Of a DNA stretch of 64,000 nucleotides, positions 60,990 through 64,000 are shown piece by piece (the first letter of the stretch is position 1; every line of letters starts with the position of its first letter). Both the position numbers and the translations under genes were made by a program. Origin of the DNA: Dicyema japonicum (taxonomy: Eukaryota > Animalia > Dicyemida). The DNA lies in NCBI GenBank assembly GCA_011109175.1, contig RDEW01000018.1:351405-415404 (forward strand), read 5' to 3'. Under the pieces are notes generated by a model. It was not told the origin of the DNA. It worked only from the letters and a program-made list of their open reading frames with translations, and ran no database searches.

Positions 60990-62675
60990 CAGTGATTGGT
61001 GTACCAAAAAAAAGTCAGTGTACCAAACCAAATTATTTCGTATACCAAAAAAACAAAGACTTATTTAATTCTTTTAATTTTTTTACAAAATAATTTTTTT
61101 AACAATTAAACAAATGTCAGTTGAAGAAGCCTGCTGCGTTGATTGCGAACGAGTTCTCTGAGTATGGCTATTCCAATCTTTTTTCTTAGTCATAACCCTT
61201 CTCGTTGATCATTTTTCTTTCTGGCAAGGAATCCTCCGAGTTCTCGCAAGAACTTAGCCGTCAAAATTCTTTTAATTAAATTTAGGAACTTAAAATCTTT
61301 TTTTAACTATTTAATGAGAGCCTTATTTTTCATGCATTTTAATTAGTTTTTGAATATCAGGGTCCAAACGTGTTAAAAATAATCTGACATCTTTTCGCGA
61401 GCAGATATCAAGCTTGTTACGTTCATCGCTCAATATCCTGTTTACTACGCTAATTCCACAAGATATGTCGTTGGAAAACATAATAAAATTTTAATTATTT
61501 GTTCCTAAATCTTTGGATATTTGTCTTTAAATTCCTTTTTTTTGCCAAATGTAGACAAATCCTGGTTTTCAAACAAAATCTTGTAAGAATGATTATATTT
61601 AATTTCTATAAAAAAATAATAATGATAAAAATACAATAAATTCATCTTGCAAATCCATTTGCATCTCTACAGTGCTAGTCAAAAAAATTTATCATCAATC
61701 TTGGTATTTCCATATTAATCACGTCTTCAAATCTGATTGTCATTTCCTTTTCCAAATTAATTAGATGGTCAACAAAAATTTTTATATCAAATTGATTAAA
61801 TGCTTCACATACTGGATATAGAAAATCGTATTTTCCTGATTCAAAGTTATGTCTATAATTCTTTAACTTTTCACAAATGTAGTTATTGTAACTCTGACGT
61901 CAAACATAGTTACAAAATTTCCCTGCAATTTCAAGGAAATTTCATTCACTTTAGCAAAAATCCAATTTAAATAATAGATCTCATTTTCTGAAATCGATCT
62001 TGCTAATTCCTCTTCATTTTCCGATTCAAGAAAGTCCAAAATAGCTGGTAAAAGGTTTATAAATCTTTGTAAAGCAGTGCCTTTGGACAATCAGCGAACC
62101 TAAAGAATATAAAAAAAAAATAAACTTCAGTATGATACAAGAGTCTTAAATAATCTTCATTCCTATCTATACAAAATTTCCTAAAGATCTTATTAGATTT
62201 TGGACTTGTTTTCGATTGATCGTTTTTATGACGAGATTCAGCACTTGATTTAAAAAAGCGGAGATTTTTTTTGAAACCAGATGATGGCGGTGTAATACGC
62301 AATGAATATGAATTAAATTGAAAATGGAATTTGTTTTTTTTCAAAATACGTTTTCAATACATTAAAAATTGACTTTCCGGTAGAATCTGTTATCAAAGGT
62401 CTGATAAACAAAACCTCTTCATAAAAAACTACTTGTTCGTCAAAAAAATCTAAACAAAATATTAATTAAAATACCTACCTAGCATAGGCCATTAATATAG
62501 ATTTATTATCACATACCCGACATTCTTCAATCTGCAAGGAAAAACAGTTTTTCTAAATATATTTTTAAGGAATCTTCGACGCTTTCAGCCATTTCGTCAA
62601 TTCGGCGACGAATCGTATCACTACTCAAAGGTAAATTCTAGGAACATCAAAATGGTCGCACTACTTGTAAAATTT
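60990..62675 (-). mobile_element. hAT element B (Buster/Charlie-type), 5' part missing, transposase with mini-introns
   Basis: PLSSDTIRRRIDEMAE, ILMAYAR|FFD, YHTE|VR*LSKG and FPTTYLVE..ERNKLDI. Introns at 62450-62478 and 62100-62125. The end at 60990 is tentative. Confidence 0.8.
61080..61264 (-). mobile_element. Short CRE-like 3' fragment with 13-bp TSD
   Basis: Matches about 55392-55570; TSD AATTCTTTTAATT at 61067-61079 and 61265-61277. Confidence 0.85.
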
Positions 62676-64000
62676 CAAACGAGATGGGGCAGATGCTTGG
62701 TTGCAAGGTCCTCGTTATTCCTATAGTAATGACGTAGGAAGGAATTGCAACAAAGTACCACAAGGGTTATCTGAAGCAGTTAGGGGTAGATAGGAAGCTC
62801 CAGGCCTATCTACAGTCCACTGTGTTAAAACGGACCCTAGAGAGCCTGACACTGGAGTATAGGAGGCAGAGCCCTGAGATGCCATATGGGCAGAGGGTTC
62901 AATTGGACATGACGCTCTCGGAGTTGTTTCAGCAACCAAAATCGAACCAGCCTGAGGAGGCTGGCGAACAGGCAGGCGAGGAAGGTTGTTGATTATTAAA
63001 TATATTAACTTTTTTATTGTTTGTTAAATAAAGTGGGTAAAAAAGTAAATTAAGTTAGTTTATTTTTAAAGTGGTAAACCTTTGTTCTTCAAAATTTTTA
63101 AAATTACCGTGCTCGTTTTTGCTCGTGTATGATTCGTCCTTCTACATTAAAAATTCGTCAATATAAAAGTGAACATTTGGCATTTGGATTTATAAAAAAT
63201 TCTTTTGACAATAGACCATATTGCTTACTGTGTAATAAGTCATTATCAAATGATGCAATGAAACCGTCTAAATTGTTGGATCATCTTAGGAGAAAAAAGA
63301 TAAACCATTAGATTATTTTGAAGAATTAATTTCGTAAACAAAAAACGATTGACACTGTTTTTACAAATAGTATTGAAATAAATAAAAATGATGAGGCTGT
63401 GAGAATAGCTACCTCGATTCGTCTTGGTCTTAAATTTTTTGCCGAAAGAAAATGCCGCTGTGGACGTTGGATCGATCCTTTTGGTTATCATCCCTTGTCA
63501 TTGCAAGATGAGTGCGGGTCGTTTCCCCAGGCACTCCTGTCTTAACATGACATTAAAGAATTCCCTTGCCTCTGCTGGACACTATTGCCTGTTAGAACGT
63601 GCTGGTCTTTCCCGAAACGATGGAAAACGCCTTGATGGGATGACGACTTTTCCATTCGCCAACGGACGAAACCTGATCTGGGACGCGACGTGTGTTGATA
63701 CTTATTCCCCGTCTAATTTGGTTGCTTCTGCTTCAGACCCAGGACATGCTTCGAAGCAGGCCGAGGAACGAAAGAGGAGGAAGTAACAGAGAATTTCGGA
63801 GGAGTATCTTTTTGTTCCATTCGCGTGGAAACGTCAGGAATCCTTGGCCCCCAAGCAGATGAGTTGGTTCGTAAGATCGGCTCCATGATTCAAGCTGTGA
63901 CCAAGGATCCGCTAGAGACTGGTTGGTTCCGAGAACGTATCTCGTTGGCTATTGTTAGGGGAAATAGCATGGCCATTCAGATGCCTTAATTTAATTTTTA
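62676..64000 (+). repeat. Inverted near-identical copy of about 56570-57899 (R4 3' end + hAT N-terminus + CRE fragment)
   Basis: Same composite junctions in reverse orientation; the 61-aa ORFs 63129-63311 and 57264-57446 are identical. The copy runs off the window end. Confidence 0.9.

Noticed and set aside
41002-62093. TGA at expected Trp positions (41002, 60502, 62091-62093), hinting at TGA=Trp reassignment
   Set aside because: Intact genes (UROD, IDE, chitinase, C2CD3) use TGG at conserved Trp sites, and TE ORFs end in TGA. The cases lie in decayed or uncertain sequence, where TGG to TGA is an ordinary mutation.

Overview
This is AT-rich eukaryotic (animal) genomic DNA, dense in transposable elements (TEs), whose host genes are broken by very short GT-AG introns (about 19-30 nt). 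Most host genes are therefore only partly visible in the ORF track. Recognisable host genes are a compact C2CD3 centriole/cilium gene (7366-12156 +), an insulin-degrading-enzyme-like M16 peptidase (18077-21617 +), a secreted GH18 chitinase with three CBM14 domains (28761-31629 -) and an intronless uroporphyrinogen decarboxylase (37086-38156 -). There is also a cathepsin L pseudogene, and 2-3 orphan genes appear only after splicing mini-introns. The best orphan is a ~131-aa signal-peptide/single-TM protein at 44024-44657. Mini-introns, a centriole gene and an animal-type chitinase together suggest a dicyemid mesozoan or similar miniaturised ciliated animal (inference only). The rest is TE: APE-type LINEs (one with a 2A/StopGo peptide), a near-intact R4/Dong-like element and its derivatives, many CRE-like and RTE-like 3' fragments, a Helitron end, a pogo element, several hAT elements, a tRNA-derived SINE and decayed Gypsy pieces. 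The 54-64 kb region is a four-level nested TE cluster with a ~1.3 kb inverted duplication. The most unusual signal is two divergent Buster/Charlie-type hAT transposases that carry host-style mini-introns at the same codon position. About 19 two-copy tandem duplications (88-323 bp, seven joined by a single N) are probably haplotype/assembly artefacts, and they disrupt four gene models. No rRNA, true tRNA gene or CRISPR array was found. Boundaries of decayed TEs are approximate.
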